Of a stretch of 64,000 bases of DNA, positions 38,321 through 52,590 are shown piece after piece. Each line of letters begins with the position of its first letter. The stretch's first letter is position 1. The stretch lies in contig NC_042999.1 in NCBI RefSeq assembly GCF_006345805.1, positions 60,078,001 to 60,142,000 on the forward strand. Reading direction: 5' to 3'. A program made the translations under genes and the position numbers. Below the pieces are notes generated by a model that had not been told where the DNA came from, did not search any database, and saw nothing but the letters and a program-made list of their open reading frames with translations. Source of the stretch: Octopus sinensis. Its lineage: Eukaryota.

Positions 38321-39337
38321 ATATATATATATATATACGTATGTATATATGTATGTATGTATATATGCATGTATGTATGTATGTATATATGTATGTAAGG
38401 CTACTTATGAAATGATTTGCTATTTAGGATCAAAGTCAACGGTGGGATAATGGGCCAACTTCTCGCTTTGATACACGATATGACCATGCTTTAGCTCATC
38501 CCAAACGGATAGATGAAAGACAAAGTGAGAAAGCTACCCCCTGGTGAAATTGTAACTCAGAGTTGAGTGCAACGAAACAGTAATGCATTTACTCATTTGC
38601 ACCGACGCTTTATCTGTTGTATGTAACTTATTCCACCATCGAATTATTAAATATTAGCAAAGCTTTCGATCATTTTATCTACACTTATTTGCACTGTTTC
38701 CTTTCAAAACTCCCATGTTTGATAGCTTAAGTGAAAACTAATCTATTTCGCAATGGAAACAATAAACGCCAGTGTCATTATATATGGAATGCAATGACAA
38801 TAAGATCACCTGTGGAGTATATATATTGAACTCGAAGTTCTTGTGAAGTTGTTACTAACCACTAAAATAGGTTTATTTTTTCTTGTATGCAGTTAATATT
38901 TTAACAATGGAATATATTACAAATCCTAAATTATCATGTACGACGAAACACATAAATAATGGTTTATTGTGAATGGTATCGAAGGTACTGGGTAGAAGGA
39001 AATAGAATTAGTTTATATCTAAACTATTATAGAAAGTGAAATCTCTCAAGGATATGATTTAAATTCTTTTCTATCTATAATTCATATAAACGATTTAAAA
39101 TAAATCAATTAAATAATGTAATATACAGAAATGAATGCTGAAGATGACGACAATCTTTTCCACATTAATACTTCCGTCATGTAATAAAAACAAACAAATC
39201 TATTCTGATCTGCATCTTTTCAGCGATTCAGATCACGATTTGTATCTCATTTTATTTGTTGCAAGCGCATAGAGTATCCCTGAGCAGAGATAAATGTACA
39301 TACGAACATACATACATACATACATACATACATACAT

Positions 39338-39385
<48 letters not shown>

Positions 39386-39402
39386 GCATATATACGAACA
39401 CA

Positions 39403-39483
<81 letters not shown>

Positions 39484-40166
39484 GCACATATCTATGTAGC
39501 TATGTACGCACGTAGGCATATATATATATATTTATGTAAATGAATTGGAAAGTACTACAGCACAATCATCTCAGTTTACGATTCAATGGGCTAAATAATG
39601 TTTAAATGTGTATCTCGTCGCACGTTGCACATCTGCAATGAAATTCACACTTACTTCAAATTAATTAAAACGCTCCAAGCAGTGTGCAAGCTCGGTGGTA
39701 TGCTAGCGAATTCCTTAGACCATTCCTGTTAACGTTAGAATTATTCTCTTTTAAAACATGGAAACCTAATCTCCTAATTTCTTTCCACCACCCTAAGACA
39801 ATCAGTAAATAGTATTAGAGAATTGGGATGGCGATCAGAAAGGCATGGGTTCGATTCTTCGGCAGAACAATGCCTTGTGCTCTTGAACAAAGCATTTCAT
39901 CTCACGTTGTATAAATCAGCCTACTCAGTTGAAATTGAGCAGTAGTTGCTTCCTTCCTCCAGCTGTTACATCCTCAATGTTCCTCTGGAGCAAGGACCGG
40001 GATAGCCGGAGACAGTTTGTATGTTTACTTACAACTACATTGGCAACTAAAACAATAAGGAAAACAAGGTACATTTTTTCTCAAACGCATCAACAGCACT
40101 CAACAGTAAAACCTTCAAAGTTACTACAAATATACAAATACTCGTCGTCATAATCACATGATTTTA

Positions 40167-41384
40167 TTAGGTTGTTCCTAAAATAATAGCCGCACTAAGT
40201 ATAGTGTTTTGAAATACAATTTTATCATAGTATTTTAATTATATTTTAGGTGAATTTCCACATACTTAATAATTTTCTACTTATTTCAGACAGAAAACAT
40301 TCTTGAAGCATATGTGCCCTTAATTATGAACATAACTAAAAAGGACCATTGCTTACTTTTCTTGCACGAGTTCAAGCTTGGGCACAATGCCTCTCAAACT
40401 GCTGCCAGTGTCAACAGAGCACGGGGAGAGGGGTCCACAAGTGATTGCACATTGCGAAGGTGGTTTCAGAAATTCTGTAGTGGCAGTGAGAGCCTTGAAG
40501 AGGAAGAATGTAGAGGACTGTCATGCAGTCTTGACAATGAACAACTGAAAGTAATTGTTGAACAAAGCCCACGTCAAAGTATCTGGGAAATGTCTCAGGC
40601 ACTTGGTGTCGGTATTGCGACGGTCTCACGCAATCTGTAGAAGATTGGTAAGGAGAAAAAGCTCGATAAATGGGTACCGCATGAGCTCAATGAAAATCGA
40701 AACGTTCGGCGTTCTGAAGTGTGCTCGATGCTCTTTCTGCGAAACATCAATGATCCTTTTCTTGACCAAGTAGTCACTTGTGAAGGAAAGTAGATTCTTT
40801 ATGATATCCATCAATGATCAGGTCAATGGCTTGATCGTGATGAGTCCCCCCAAACATTTCCCAAAGCCAAAGTTGCATCAGCAAAGGATTATGGTGACTG
40901 CCTTATGGTCTGCAATTGGTGTTGTCCATTACAGCTTCCTGGAAGCCAATCAGAGCATTACAGCAGAAAATGAGACCTGCATTGGTGAATCGGCGTGGCC
41001 CAATTCTACTCCACGATAACGCAAGGCCACATGCTGCAAGAACGACGCTGCAGAAACTCACAGACTTGGGATACGAGACTTTACCACATCCTCCATATTC
41101 TCCTGATCTTTCACCTACTCACAACCATATTTTAGAGCATTTAAACACGTTTTTGAGTGACAAAACTTTCAGGTTCAAACCAGAGGTAGAATCAACTTTC
41201 AAAGATTTCTTAGCATCAAAGCCAATAAGTTTTTATCAACGAGGCATAAATAATCTCGTTGATCGATGGCAGAGATCAGCGATGTTTACGGCTCATACTT
41301 TGACCGATCAAACATTTCTATTGTTAATTTTCCCAGAATAAAATTATGTTTTTGAAATTAGACATTATTTTCGGAACAACCTAA
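40167..41384 (+). mobile_element. Near full-length defective mariner transposon (cecropia/Hsmar1-like)
   Basis: TIRs ttaggttgttcc... and ...ggaacaacctaa, TA on the left. Transposase pieces FLHEFKLGHNA, KKLDKWVPHEL, LHDNARPH, HPPYSPDLSPTHNH with stop and frameshifts; third catalytic Asp lost. Confidence 0.92.
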
Positions 41385-42178
41385 TGGCATAGGAATCCCA
41401 CATAAGATTTACCAACAACAAAGGCCTATCGATCCCTCTAAATCTCCAAAATACTCTAACCATGATCAGTTAAATATAACAATCACTAGAGTATTTTGTT
41501 ATCATATGTATGGAACCGCATTGCTGCTATACATATACATACTTAATATATAAGAGCAATCTTTAGCACGCTGGGCAAAATGGTTAGCAACATTTTGTCT
41601 GTCTTTGCATTCTGAGTTCAAATTCCGCCAAGGTCGACTTTGCCTGACGTTCTTTTGGAGTCGATAAAATAAGTACCACTTTAGTACCATCACCTGGCCT
41701 TTGGAAGTTCTTAGGCGGGAACGACTCAAGTTCAAACATTCTGATCCATTAGTCTGAAGCTAAATTCCTCTCACCGATATCAGAGGCCCTGAAAAAAGAC
41801 CCCTAAAGTAAAAAAAAAAAAAAAAAATAGATACTAAACATGCTTAGAATATCATTCTTTTATCTTTTGTTTCACTCACTGGATGTGGCCATGCTGGGGT
41901 ACCACATTGAAAGGTATAGTCAATGAAATCGACTGTTATTTAATTTTGTCTTAAAACTTGATAATTATTCAGTGGGTCATATTTGTCGAACCGCTAACTT
42001 ACGGACGCATAAATAAACCAACATCAGTTGCCAAGCGGAAAATGATAAGCACAGCACATACACGCGCACGAGTACCAGATCCGCTCAATACGCTTTGGTT
42101 GACGTCCAGGAAAAGGACATCACATTTTCTCCAGTGCTGGAGCTTCCCCTCCCCCCGTGGTGTAAAAAGTAAATAATA

Positions 42179-42359
42179 TAGGCATAGGAGTGGCTGTGTG
42201 GTAAGTAGCTTGCTTACCAACCACATGGTTCCGGGTTCAGTCCCACTGCGTGGCACCTTGTGCAAGTGTTTTCTACTACAGCCTCAGGCCGACCAAAGCC
42301 TTGTGAGTGGATTTGGTAGACGGAAACTGAAAGAAGCCTGTCGTGTACATGTATATATG

Positions 42360-42411
<52 letters not shown>

Positions 42412-42645
42412 GTGTGTGTGTGTGTGTGTGCAGTTTGTGTGTCTGTGTTTGTACCCCTAACATCGCTTGGCAACCGATGCTGGTGTGTTTACGTCTCGTA
42501 ACTTAGCAGTTCGGCAAAGGAGAGACTGAGAGAATAAGTACTAGGCTTACAAAGAATAAGTCCTAGGGTCGATCTGCTCGACGAAATGCGGTGCTCCAGC
42601 ATGGCCAAAGTCAAATGGCTGAAACAAGTAAAAGAGTAAAAGAGT
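42179..42645 (+). mobile_element. SINE family B, full length
   Basis: Near-consensus copy. Confidence 0.92.
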
Positions 42646-42883
42646 AATAACAGTTAAAAAATAAATTAGAAAAGCGCTGATAAATTGAAATTTTTTCCCG
42701 TTTTTCTTGTTATATGCAAATAATTTACTTATATTGCCACTATTTACTGCTAATAAAATGGAAATATATAAAAAGAAAGAGTGTGTTTAATAGTCGAAAT
42801 TGCGAGGTCTGGTGTTAGAGGCGGGTTAGAAGGAAACAAAATTTTTAATCTTATTATTATATAGACATCAGTTATGCTTTGAC

Positions 42884-43174
42884 GTGGAGGCGCAATGGCC
42901 TAGTCGTTAAGGCAGCGGACTCGCGGTTTCGATTCCCAAACCGGCCGTTGTGTGTGTGTTTATTGAGCGAAAACACCAAAAGCCCCACGAGGTTCCGATA
43001 GGGGGTGGTGGCGACCCCTGTTTTACTCTTTCGCCACAACTGTTTCTTGGGTAACGCTGCGATGGACTGGCGTCCCGTCCAGCTGGCGGGGTGGGGGGAC
43101 ACATACGCCACAGAAACCGGGAAACCGGGCCCATGAGCCGGGCTAGGCTTGAAAAGGGCGAAAGAAGAAGAAGA
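42884..43174 (+). mobile_element. tRNA-derived SINE family C (Meta-domain-like motif ctgcgatggactggcgtcccgtccag...agaaaccgg)
   Basis: Matches 58657-58979; 10-bp near-TSD atgctttg(a/t)c; (aag)n tail. Confidence 0.85.
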
Positions 43175-46100
43175 ATGCTTTGTCATGTTGGCATTGTTCA
43201 GGTTGAAAGGGCACCGACAATGGCCTGTGCATATGGCATCATTTGGCCGTAATGCGACCCGGCATACGTTTGTATACATTCTAGTCTTCTATCATTTGTA
43301 GTAAAATTTCTTAACTTAATTGTAAATAAGATATTCGTTTAAACTGAAAAAAAGCCCCCCAAAAAAACAAAAAGTTCTACTTGTATGGCTTTCAATGAAA
43401 TCTGATCTATATCATTTGTTATTCTGTGAGAAATTGCTAAAACATTCAATAATTTTTCATTCTCCCTGTCGCATTTTTTTGTTAGCTTAAAAAAAAAAGA
43501 ATCAAAATCCGAAAACAACTATAAAACATTACATAGCGATTTAAATCTTGTATGAAAAGTTGCGAATAAACAAACTCTTACTGACTTTCATTGTTTTGTT
43601 CATGTTTCATTTTCTCTCTCCTTGTGTCTTGTTATCTACCTTCATCTTTTCTTTTAATTACCAGACAATATCTAATGAATAATTTATCCCAAGCCCCCAA
43701 GTATGTCAGCCGCCTTCATAAGTTCAACAAGTTCCTTCTCTTGGAAATTAAAAAATAATAAATAAAATAAAAAATAAAAAAAACCTCTTAAAACAGCATT
43801 TCGGAAAAAAGAAATATTTTACTGACTTTATTATTGAGTCAGGTACAGGATATTAAGGAAGGATATGGCAGTGAAATTTTGCACGTTGTAATTTGCCTAT
43901 AGCACTGTTTAAAACGTATTGCTTTATATCGTATTTAAACGCTGTGCTAGTGAGTGCAGTCCTTCCTGACAACAACATAATAGGTATTAAATTATTGTGA
44001 TGCGTCAGATTTTGAAAGTAGACAGGTGGCGCAACAGACAGAAGTAGTTGAAATGAGACTTAGTGTCTTCTGAGACAGTATGGTGCGTTATTTTATAAAT
44101 CTGCTACTCTTTATCAAACAACATTTCAGAACTTCGTTGATTGAAAGAAATAATAATAATATAATAATAATAATAATAATGATTATCATTAAAGTCTCTT
44201 GACAATTGCTAAGATACTTTGCGATCCCTATCAGAATCAATATATTTCCTGCACTATATTATATTTTTATCTTAAATCAAGCTCAGCTGAAATAATCAGA
44301 CAGAAACTGTTTTAATGATGTGATAAATTCCACTCTGGCTATATTCAGCACTTAATGGTACGATGTTAAGTCTTTTTATCGATAGCCTGAACTCAAACGA
44401 ACTAAATTTTCTTTCTTTCATTCACCTTTATATTATCTTTAAAAGAAATAACAAAATTATTATAAAAGCGATATCGTAAAATACTTAGACTTAGCCGAAG
44501 TTTATTATAGTAAAAGCATAAAAAAAAATATATATCAGAATATTCTATTTATATGATATAACCTTTGATCTAACACAATACTATCTATGTTAAATAAATA
44601 GATGACATTAATCAGTCTCTCACTGAAGAAGCTGTCACGCCTGTCGCTTTTTTTCTTTAATAACTCTCCCTCCCTCTCGATATCTCTGTATCACACACAC
44701 ACACACACACGCACACACACACGCACACACACATATCCGGCATCTTAGGTCTCGTAGTACTTGTAACACCATACTGTACTGAAGAGGTCTAATTAAGTTG
44801 TCACTGTACTGCTATAGTTCAAATTCAACACACGTTCTCCCCACATTCAATATCTAATCAATCTTTATTAACTGAAATTTCGGAGTTGTCTCCCATTCAC
44901 TCTTTAGTCAGAATTAATCACTATGTTAATACTTTTCCTCTTCACTATGGGTGTAAGTTTAATTAAATAAAATTTCGTCGATCAATATATTAAGTATTTT
45001 AGCAATGAATTTTAAAAATTCCTCTTCGTGAAGAAAGTGCCTCTTAGTTTTTTCACTCTTATTTTCATCTAAAAACAATTAAGTTAATTCAAATCAAAAA
45101 AATATCAACTCTTACAAGCTAACAGGAATTATGTAAAACAGAATGTTTCACATTAAATTTGGATGATCGGATGAATGGTTCTCCGTCGTTTGGCGATGAA
45201 GATGCATTTATTCGATCATCTGAATTAACTTTAACTGAATTTACGAGTGACAGTGCTTTACTGTTTAAATTGCAGCTACAATTCTTCCAAGAGAATTCTA
45301 TATAGCTTCCGTTCACCCAACTTCAATTGAAAAGTATGTATGGACCCAAGGATATAGAAAATGTCATTTACTCAAGGTGACACACGGTGGAATCGAACCC
45401 AGGACCTCATGGTCGCGAAATGAACTTCTTAAACATTCGGCTATACTGTGTTTTTCACATCAGTGACTGCACGTTGCTCAGTGGTGAAGGTTTTCGGTTC
45501 ACGGTCATAATGTCATAAGTTCCATACCACATGCGTCGTTGTGCCCTTGAGCAAGGAACTTTATTTCACCTGCATTTCAAAGGACCAGACTTGTTACACT
45601 CAGTGTCACGTTAAGTTCCCTTGAGAACTACGTTAAGGGTATGCACGTTAATTTTACTAGCAGGCTGTTCCGTTGATTGGATCAAATGGAACCCTCGCCG
45701 TCATAACCGATGGAATGACAGTGTACGTATTAAATGTATAAAGATTTAAAAACCATTATATAAGAATTGATAAACACGGAAGTATTTGTTAAAGGTAGTC
45801 ATATGGTTGTATATAATCCAGGACGAGACATGCCTATGCGGCTAAGAATTATGTTTCACAAGCTCATGATCTCGGGTTCAAACCCACTGATCTGTACATT
45901 GGGCAAGTGTCTGCTACCGTAGCCTCGTGAGTGAATATAGTAGGTAGAAACTGTCTGGAAGTGCGCGGTATATGTATATATGTATGTGTGACGTTGTGCT
46001 TGCGATCCCTACCCCCCCCCAATCCACCACTTGAAAACCGGTGTTACTTCGTTTACGTTCTGTGGCATTCTCGTTTCGGCAAAAGAGACCGAGAGAAATA

Positions 46101-46221
46101 AGTGCCCGACTTATAATAAGTACTGGAATTGATTTGTTTGACCAACCTTACAACGTGTTGCTCCAGCATGGGCACAGTCTATTGAATGAAAAGAATACAA
46201 ATACGGGAACAATAAGGCAAC

Positions 46222-46609
46222 ACAGTAGAACCTCACAGTACGAGCGCTCCATTGTACGAGTAATTTGCTTTACCGGCCTAGACTCGTGTGAATTTTTTGT
46301 CTTGAAGTACGATCGGAAATTCGCATTACGAGCACACAAATCGTCCCATCTTTAAGGTAATTCTGTTAACAAAGCCAGTTTACATATTTCTTTTGCATTA
46401 TCTTTTTTATAATTGTCATTTTCTTTGTAACTAAACCTTTTTTGTTTTAAAACCCATAAAAAACAATTTTTGAGTAGTTTTGGGGAACTGGAACGGATTA
46501 ATTATAATTGTAGTTAATTTCAATGTGGAAAATTGATTTGTAAAACGAGTAAATCGTAAAACGAGTTCGGTCATGGAACGAATCAAACTCGTACTGCGAG
46601 CCATCATTG
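46222..46609. mobile_element. pogo/Tigger-like MITE
   Basis: cagtagaacctcacagtacgag is imperfectly inverted with ctcgtactgcgagccatcattgta. Confidence 0.55.
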
Positions 46610-46661
46610 TATATAGTTAAAAGAAAATGACTGCCAAATCAAATCAGAAAACTTGTTGCCA

Positions 46662-46803
46662 TAGGCGCAGGAGTGGCCGTGTGGTAAGTGGGTTCAGTCC
46701 CACTATGTGGCACTTTGGGCAAGTGTCATCTACGATAGCCTCGGGTCGACTAAAGCCTTGTGAGTGGATTTGGTAGGCGGCGCGGAACTGAAAGAAGCCT
46801 GTC

Positions 46804-46857
<54 letters not shown>

Positions 46858-47086
46858 TTATATGTGTGTGTGTATATGTTTGTGTGTCCGTGTTTGTTCC
46901 CCCAACATCGCTTGACAACCGATGGTGGTGTGTTTATGTTCCCGTAACTTAGCGGTTCGGCAAAAGAGACCGATAGAGTAAATACTAGGCTTACAAAGAA
47001 TAAGTCCTGGGGTCGATTTGCTCGACTAAAGGCGGTGCTCCAGCATGGCCGCAGTCAAATGACTGAAACAACTAAGAGTAAGGAGT
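46662..47086 (+). mobile_element. SINE family B
   Basis: Near-consensus, small deletion in the head. Confidence 0.9.
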
Positions 47087-47940
47087 ATATTGCTGTATAT
47101 CGACATTCACAAAATGGCGACGATTATTATAGTATGATAAAGATGTAATGAAAGGATAACTTCCGCTATTCTTTTAAACACTGACAAATTTTTTTTTGTC
47201 GAAATCCACCCTTGCTTTGCATATGTTTCCGTGCAGTTTATAGACTCGTTAATTATCCAGATGTTTAAATATTCTATCACTGAGATTCGCTGGCCGTGTT
47301 AACTAATTTCACGCTAGCTAGTCTGAGACAGGAAGATGTAAGTAAATTATCTGACAGCCCCATCAACAGGAAAACGAATTGATGACTCATGAAATAAGAA
47401 GGTTGTTGTAACGCGCGGGGAATACGACGCCATTTCTGTTGGAAAATATATAGTTATTACAATTGCCTAGTGTTGAGATAAGGCTGGAGCGAGTAATGAA
47501 TAAGCTTGAGTCAGTTATGATAAAATTAAGGCAAGGCTGTACATGAGAACACAATACACTAACACATAGAGATATGTCCATACATACAAACGCATACATA
47601 TACTCATATACATATATTTATAAGTCTTTTCCGTTTTATACACCCCAATCTCCGTCTCTTGCTCTGTAAATATGCATAAACATACACAAACACGCATGCA
47701 TGCATACATACATACATGCATACATACATACATACATACATACATAGATACATACATACATACACATACATACATACATACATACATACATACATACATA
47801 CATGCATACTTTTTCTTGTGTGGACACAAAGTGCGATAGCTTAACACATCGACGCAAAGGGTGATAGCTTAACACATCGACGCCAGAACTCAACTTGTAC
47901 TTATTTTATTGACCGTGAGACGATGAAAGGCAAAGTCCAC

Positions 47941-48088
47941 CTCGGCGGAATTTGAACTCAGAACGTAAAGTCAGACGAAATGGCGTTAGGCATTATGTCC
48001 AGCGTCCCAACGAATCTGTCTGTTCATCACACACACACACACACACACACACACACCACACACACATATATATTATATATATATATAT

Positions 48089-48124
<36 letters not shown>

Positions 48125-48211
48125 ATGAACAGACAGATTCGTTGGGACGCTGGACATAATGCCTAGCGCCATTTCGTCTGACTTTACGTTCTGAGTTCAA
48201 ATTCCGCCGAG
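47941..48211. repeat. Fold-back palindrome (271 bp) of a SINE A segment plus microsatellite
   Basis: About 88-bp unique arms inverted with one mismatch (T47986 vs G48166); (CA)n/(AT)n/(TG)n centre. Confidence 0.92.
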
Positions 48212-48337
48212 ATATATGTGTATATATATATGTTATATATATATGTATATATATATATATGTATATATATATGTATATATATATATGTATATATATATGT
48301 ATATAATATATGTATATATATATATATATATATATAA

Positions 48338-48376
<39 letters not shown>

Positions 48377-48379
48377 GTA

Positions 48380-48450
<71 letters not shown>

Positions 48451-48551
48451 ATATATATGTATATATATATGTATATATATATGTATATATATAATGTATA
48501 TATATATGTATATAATATATGTATATATATATATGTATGTATATATATATG

Positions 48552-48582
<31 letters not shown>

Positions 48583-48613
48583 GTATATATATATATATGT
48601 ATATATATATATG

Positions 48614-48644
<31 letters not shown>

Positions 48645-48677
48645 GTATATATTATATATGTATATATATATTATATG

Positions 48678-48744
<67 letters not shown>

Positions 48745-48747
48745 ATA
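48212..48747. repeat. About 535-bp interrupted (TA)n/(TATG) tract
   Basis: Direct reading. Confidence 0.92.
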
Positions 48748-49305
48748 TTGGGTTGTCCGGAAAGTTCGTGCCGATTTTCAAAGGAAAGAAAAAAGGTCAT
48801 TAATACTTGCCATTACATTTTTAATCAACCAAATATGAACTATTTTGTTGCACAATGCGTCTCCAACTTTCCTTTAACTTGAAAATACCCTCTTCCCAGA
48901 ATTGAGGTGGCAAAGAATTCATCAAGGTATCTTTTTACGTCATCCAAGGAATAGAAATTTTTACCATTAAGACTATTCGGCAGAGACCTGAATAAGTGGA
49001 AATCCGAAGGAGCAATATCTGGTGAATATGGAGGGTGGGGTAACACATCCCAGCCGAGCTGCAGCAATTTTTGTCTGGTTCCCAAAGCATCAAGTGCCGA
49101 AAATGAACTTTCTTATCTTCCATTTTAAAGGGTTACAGAATTAACACAGGTTATAGGAACATAAACTTACTTCCACGAAAAGATAGCCTAAACTGTGCTC
49201 TAAATGGAGGTGTAGTCAAATCCTATATTATGGACTCAACCATGTTCTAAAATAAGTCAAAAGGTAAGCTACTATAAATCGGCACGAACTTTCCGCACAA
49301 CCTAA
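48748..49305 (-). mobile_element. Internally deleted mariner (558 bp), second lineage
   Basis: TA-ttgggttgtccggaaagttcgtgccgattt / aaatcggcacgaactttccgcacaacctaa-TA. N-terminal MEDKKVHFRHLML is fused to C-terminal GWDVLPHPPYSPDIAPSDFHLFRSL. Confidence 0.92.
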
Positions 49306-49313
49306 TACACACA

Positions 49314-49388
<75 letters not shown>

Positions 49389-49402
<14 letters not shown>

Positions 49403-50474
49403 CATATATTGAAGAAATTGGAGTCAAGAATGAGTACGGTTAGAACTTTTTTTTATTATTCGCTACAATTGTTTCAACACGATGTACTTCTCCAAGAATA
49501 CAGGTACTTGATTATGTAACAGTGTGTTTGCATAATGAGATCTAACTGTGCTTCATCAGGCGATATACGTGTGACGTCTCCGTTAATTTAAAATCTTCTG
49601 CTTCAACGCTATCTTCTCTGTTGTGTGTGTGTATATATGTATATATATACACATATATATATCGGATTAAAAGATGAATTTTATAAGTATGAAAAGATTG
49701 TGTATATTAAATTTATATATATATATATATGTCTATATTTGTGTATATGCATGCATACGCATACATATATGTATACACGCACAAGCACACATATTTCTCG
49801 AATATAAAATGAATTTAATATATATATCTAAGAAAGCTTAATAAACGAAAAGCTTAGAGCAATATAAATTAATATATGTAAATTAAAGCAAAATATGAAA
49901 TTGGTATATATGTTTATTTTAATATATATGCCTTGAGTTGTTTTTAATTAAGTTAGATTACATAACATTCAATAACATTTGAGCCTTTGGGAGATACCTG
50001 CTTAAAAATGATTTGTGTTTTGAAAAATATACATAATTTATAGCTTTTGGCTATGAATTCGATCTACACATATTAATGGTCGCTGATGTCAGCTTTCTAT
50101 TGTGTAAAACTGAAGACATTTAAATTTACTGAGAATTTATGTTAAAATTTACACGATGTATATAATATATTCCGTGACGCGAAAGCGTTTGGGTATACCA
50201 TAGCTAAATTCAAATATTTGTTATTTCCAACGCAGCTGAATATGTTCTATTTATATTTTGTATGCACCCGGCTAGTAAGAACGTGGTCGCGTCCTCGGAG
50301 ATTTAACACACGTTAATTTTAAACAGTTTATTTCCCCCATGTGTTGTGTTAATTTCAGTTCAGTTATTCAACATGGCATTACACACACGGTACATATTCA
50401 CATACAACACACACACACACACCCTTACACACATGCACACACACACACACCACACACACACCACACACACACAC

Positions 50475-50522
<48 letters not shown>

Positions 50523-51557
50523 CATATATTGAAGAAATTGGAGTCAAGAATGAGTACGGTTAGAACTTTTTTTTATTATTCGCTACAATTGTTTCAACAC
50601 GATGTACTTCTCCAAGAATACAGGTACTTGATTATGTAACAGTGTGTTTGCATAATGAGATCTAACTGTGCTTCATCAGGCGATATACGTGTGACGTCTC
50701 CGTTAATTTAAAATCTTCTGCTTCAACGCTATCTTCTCTGTTGTGTGTGTGTATATATGTATATATATACACATATATATATCGGATTAAAAGATGAATT
50801 TTATAAGTATGAAAAGATTGTGTATATTAAATTTATATATATATATATATGTCTATATTTGTGTATATGCATGCATACGCATACATATATGTATACACGC
50901 ACAAGCACACATATTTCTCGAAATATAAAATGAATTTAATATATATATCTAAGAAAGCTTAATAAACGAAAAGCTTAGAGCAATATAAATTAATATATGT
51001 AAATTAAAGCAAAATATGAAATTGGTATATATGTTTATTTTAATATATATGCCTTGAGTTGTTTTTAATTAAGTTAGATTACATAACATTCAATAACATT
51101 TGAGCCCTTTGGGAGATACCTGCTTAAAAATGATTTGTGTTTTGAAAAATATACATAATTTATAGCTTTTGGCTATGAATTCGATCTACACATATTAATG
51201 GTCGCTGATGTCAGCTTTCTATTGTGTAAAACTGAAGACATTTAAATTTACTGAGAATTTATGTTAAAATTTACACGATGTATATAATATATTCCGTGAC
51301 GCGAAAGCGTTTGGGTATACCATAGCTAAATTCAAATATTTGTTATTTCCAACGCAGCTGAATATGTTCTATTTATATTTTGTATGCACCCGGCTAGTAA
51401 GAACGTGGTCGCGTCCTCGGAGATTTAACACACGTTAATTTTAAACAGTTTATTTCCCCCATGTGTTGTGTTAATTTCAGTTCAGTTATTCAACATGGCA
51501 TTACACACACGGTACATATTCACATACAACACACACACAACACCCTTACACACACAT

Positions 51558-51626
<69 letters not shown>
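49389..51626. repeat. Direct tandem duplication, unit about 1120 bp, breakpoints in (CA)n tracts
   Basis: gaagaaattggagtcaag at 49411 and 50531. By eye the unique parts differ only by two 1-bp homopolymer indels. Confidence 0.92.
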
Positions 51627-51630
<4 letters not shown>

Positions 51631-51959
51631 CTCTCTCTCTCTCTCTCTCTCACTCAAACACAGGCAAATGCAGTTAGTCCCCAAAATATTCGAAATCATG
51701 ATAGAGTACAATAATTTGAAAACATCTGATTTAGCCAAAATAAATAGATTGAGAATGATTGATATAGGCGTGAATTAAAGCAGGCTGAAAGTGAAAAGAA
51801 CTTCTAAATAAGATTAGTTCGACATCAAATGATGAAGGCACGGATTTATTCCGCCCGCTAAATTTTATCAACGAGTTATGCGTCGGCTGAGACTTTAAAA
51901 TTTGAATTCGCTCATGTTATATGATACATTTTAAAGTTTTTATATAAGGCATACACACA

Positions 51960-52538
51960 GCGCGGCTTTGAGGTAAGAATCTTACTTCTTAACCACGTGG
52001 TTCCGGGTTCAGTCCCACAGCGTGGAACTTTGGGAAAGTGTCTTCTACTATAGCCTCAGGCCGACAAAAGCCTTGTGAGGGGGTTTGGTACACAGAAACT
52101 GAAAGAAGCCCCTGGTATACATATATATATATATATGTGTGTATTTCTGTTTGTGTTTGTACCCCCATTACCGCTTGACAACCAGTGTTGATGTGTTTAC
52201 GTCCCCGTAACTTAGCGGTACGGGAAAAGAAACCGATAGAATAAGTACTAGGCTTAAAATGAAGTCCTGTGTCTATTTGTTTGTCTAAAATCCTTCAAAG
52301 CTGTGCTCCAGCATGGCCGCAGTGAAATGCCTGAAACAAGTAAGAGAATAAAAGAATTTGACTACGGTCATGCTGGATCACCGCCATGAAGGGTTTTAGT
52401 CGAACAAAGCGACCTCAGGACTTATCTTTTAAGCCTGGTGCTCTATCGGTTCCTTTTGCTGAAGCGCTAGGTTACGTGGGTATAAACACATCAACATTAG
52501 TTGTCAAGCTGCGATGAAGGGGGAAGAGACACAGACAG

Positions 52539-52590
<52 letters not shown>

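Noticed and set aside
28503-45307. Chain of plus-strand exon candidates (near 28503, 30890, 37855, 43206, 45128)
   Set aside because: Weak or absent splice signals, no recognisable protein; phases can be matched by chance.
47850-47905. Small local duplications of 10-30 bp (also near 5310, 19600, 28840, 54296, 56095)
   Set aside because: Ordinary slippage products with no shared sequence or pattern.
49520-49565. Seventh hammerhead (ctgatga-a-gca...tgc-aaac on the minus strand, duplicated near 50640)
   Set aside because: G12 is missing and no stem I can be formed; at best a decayed remnant.
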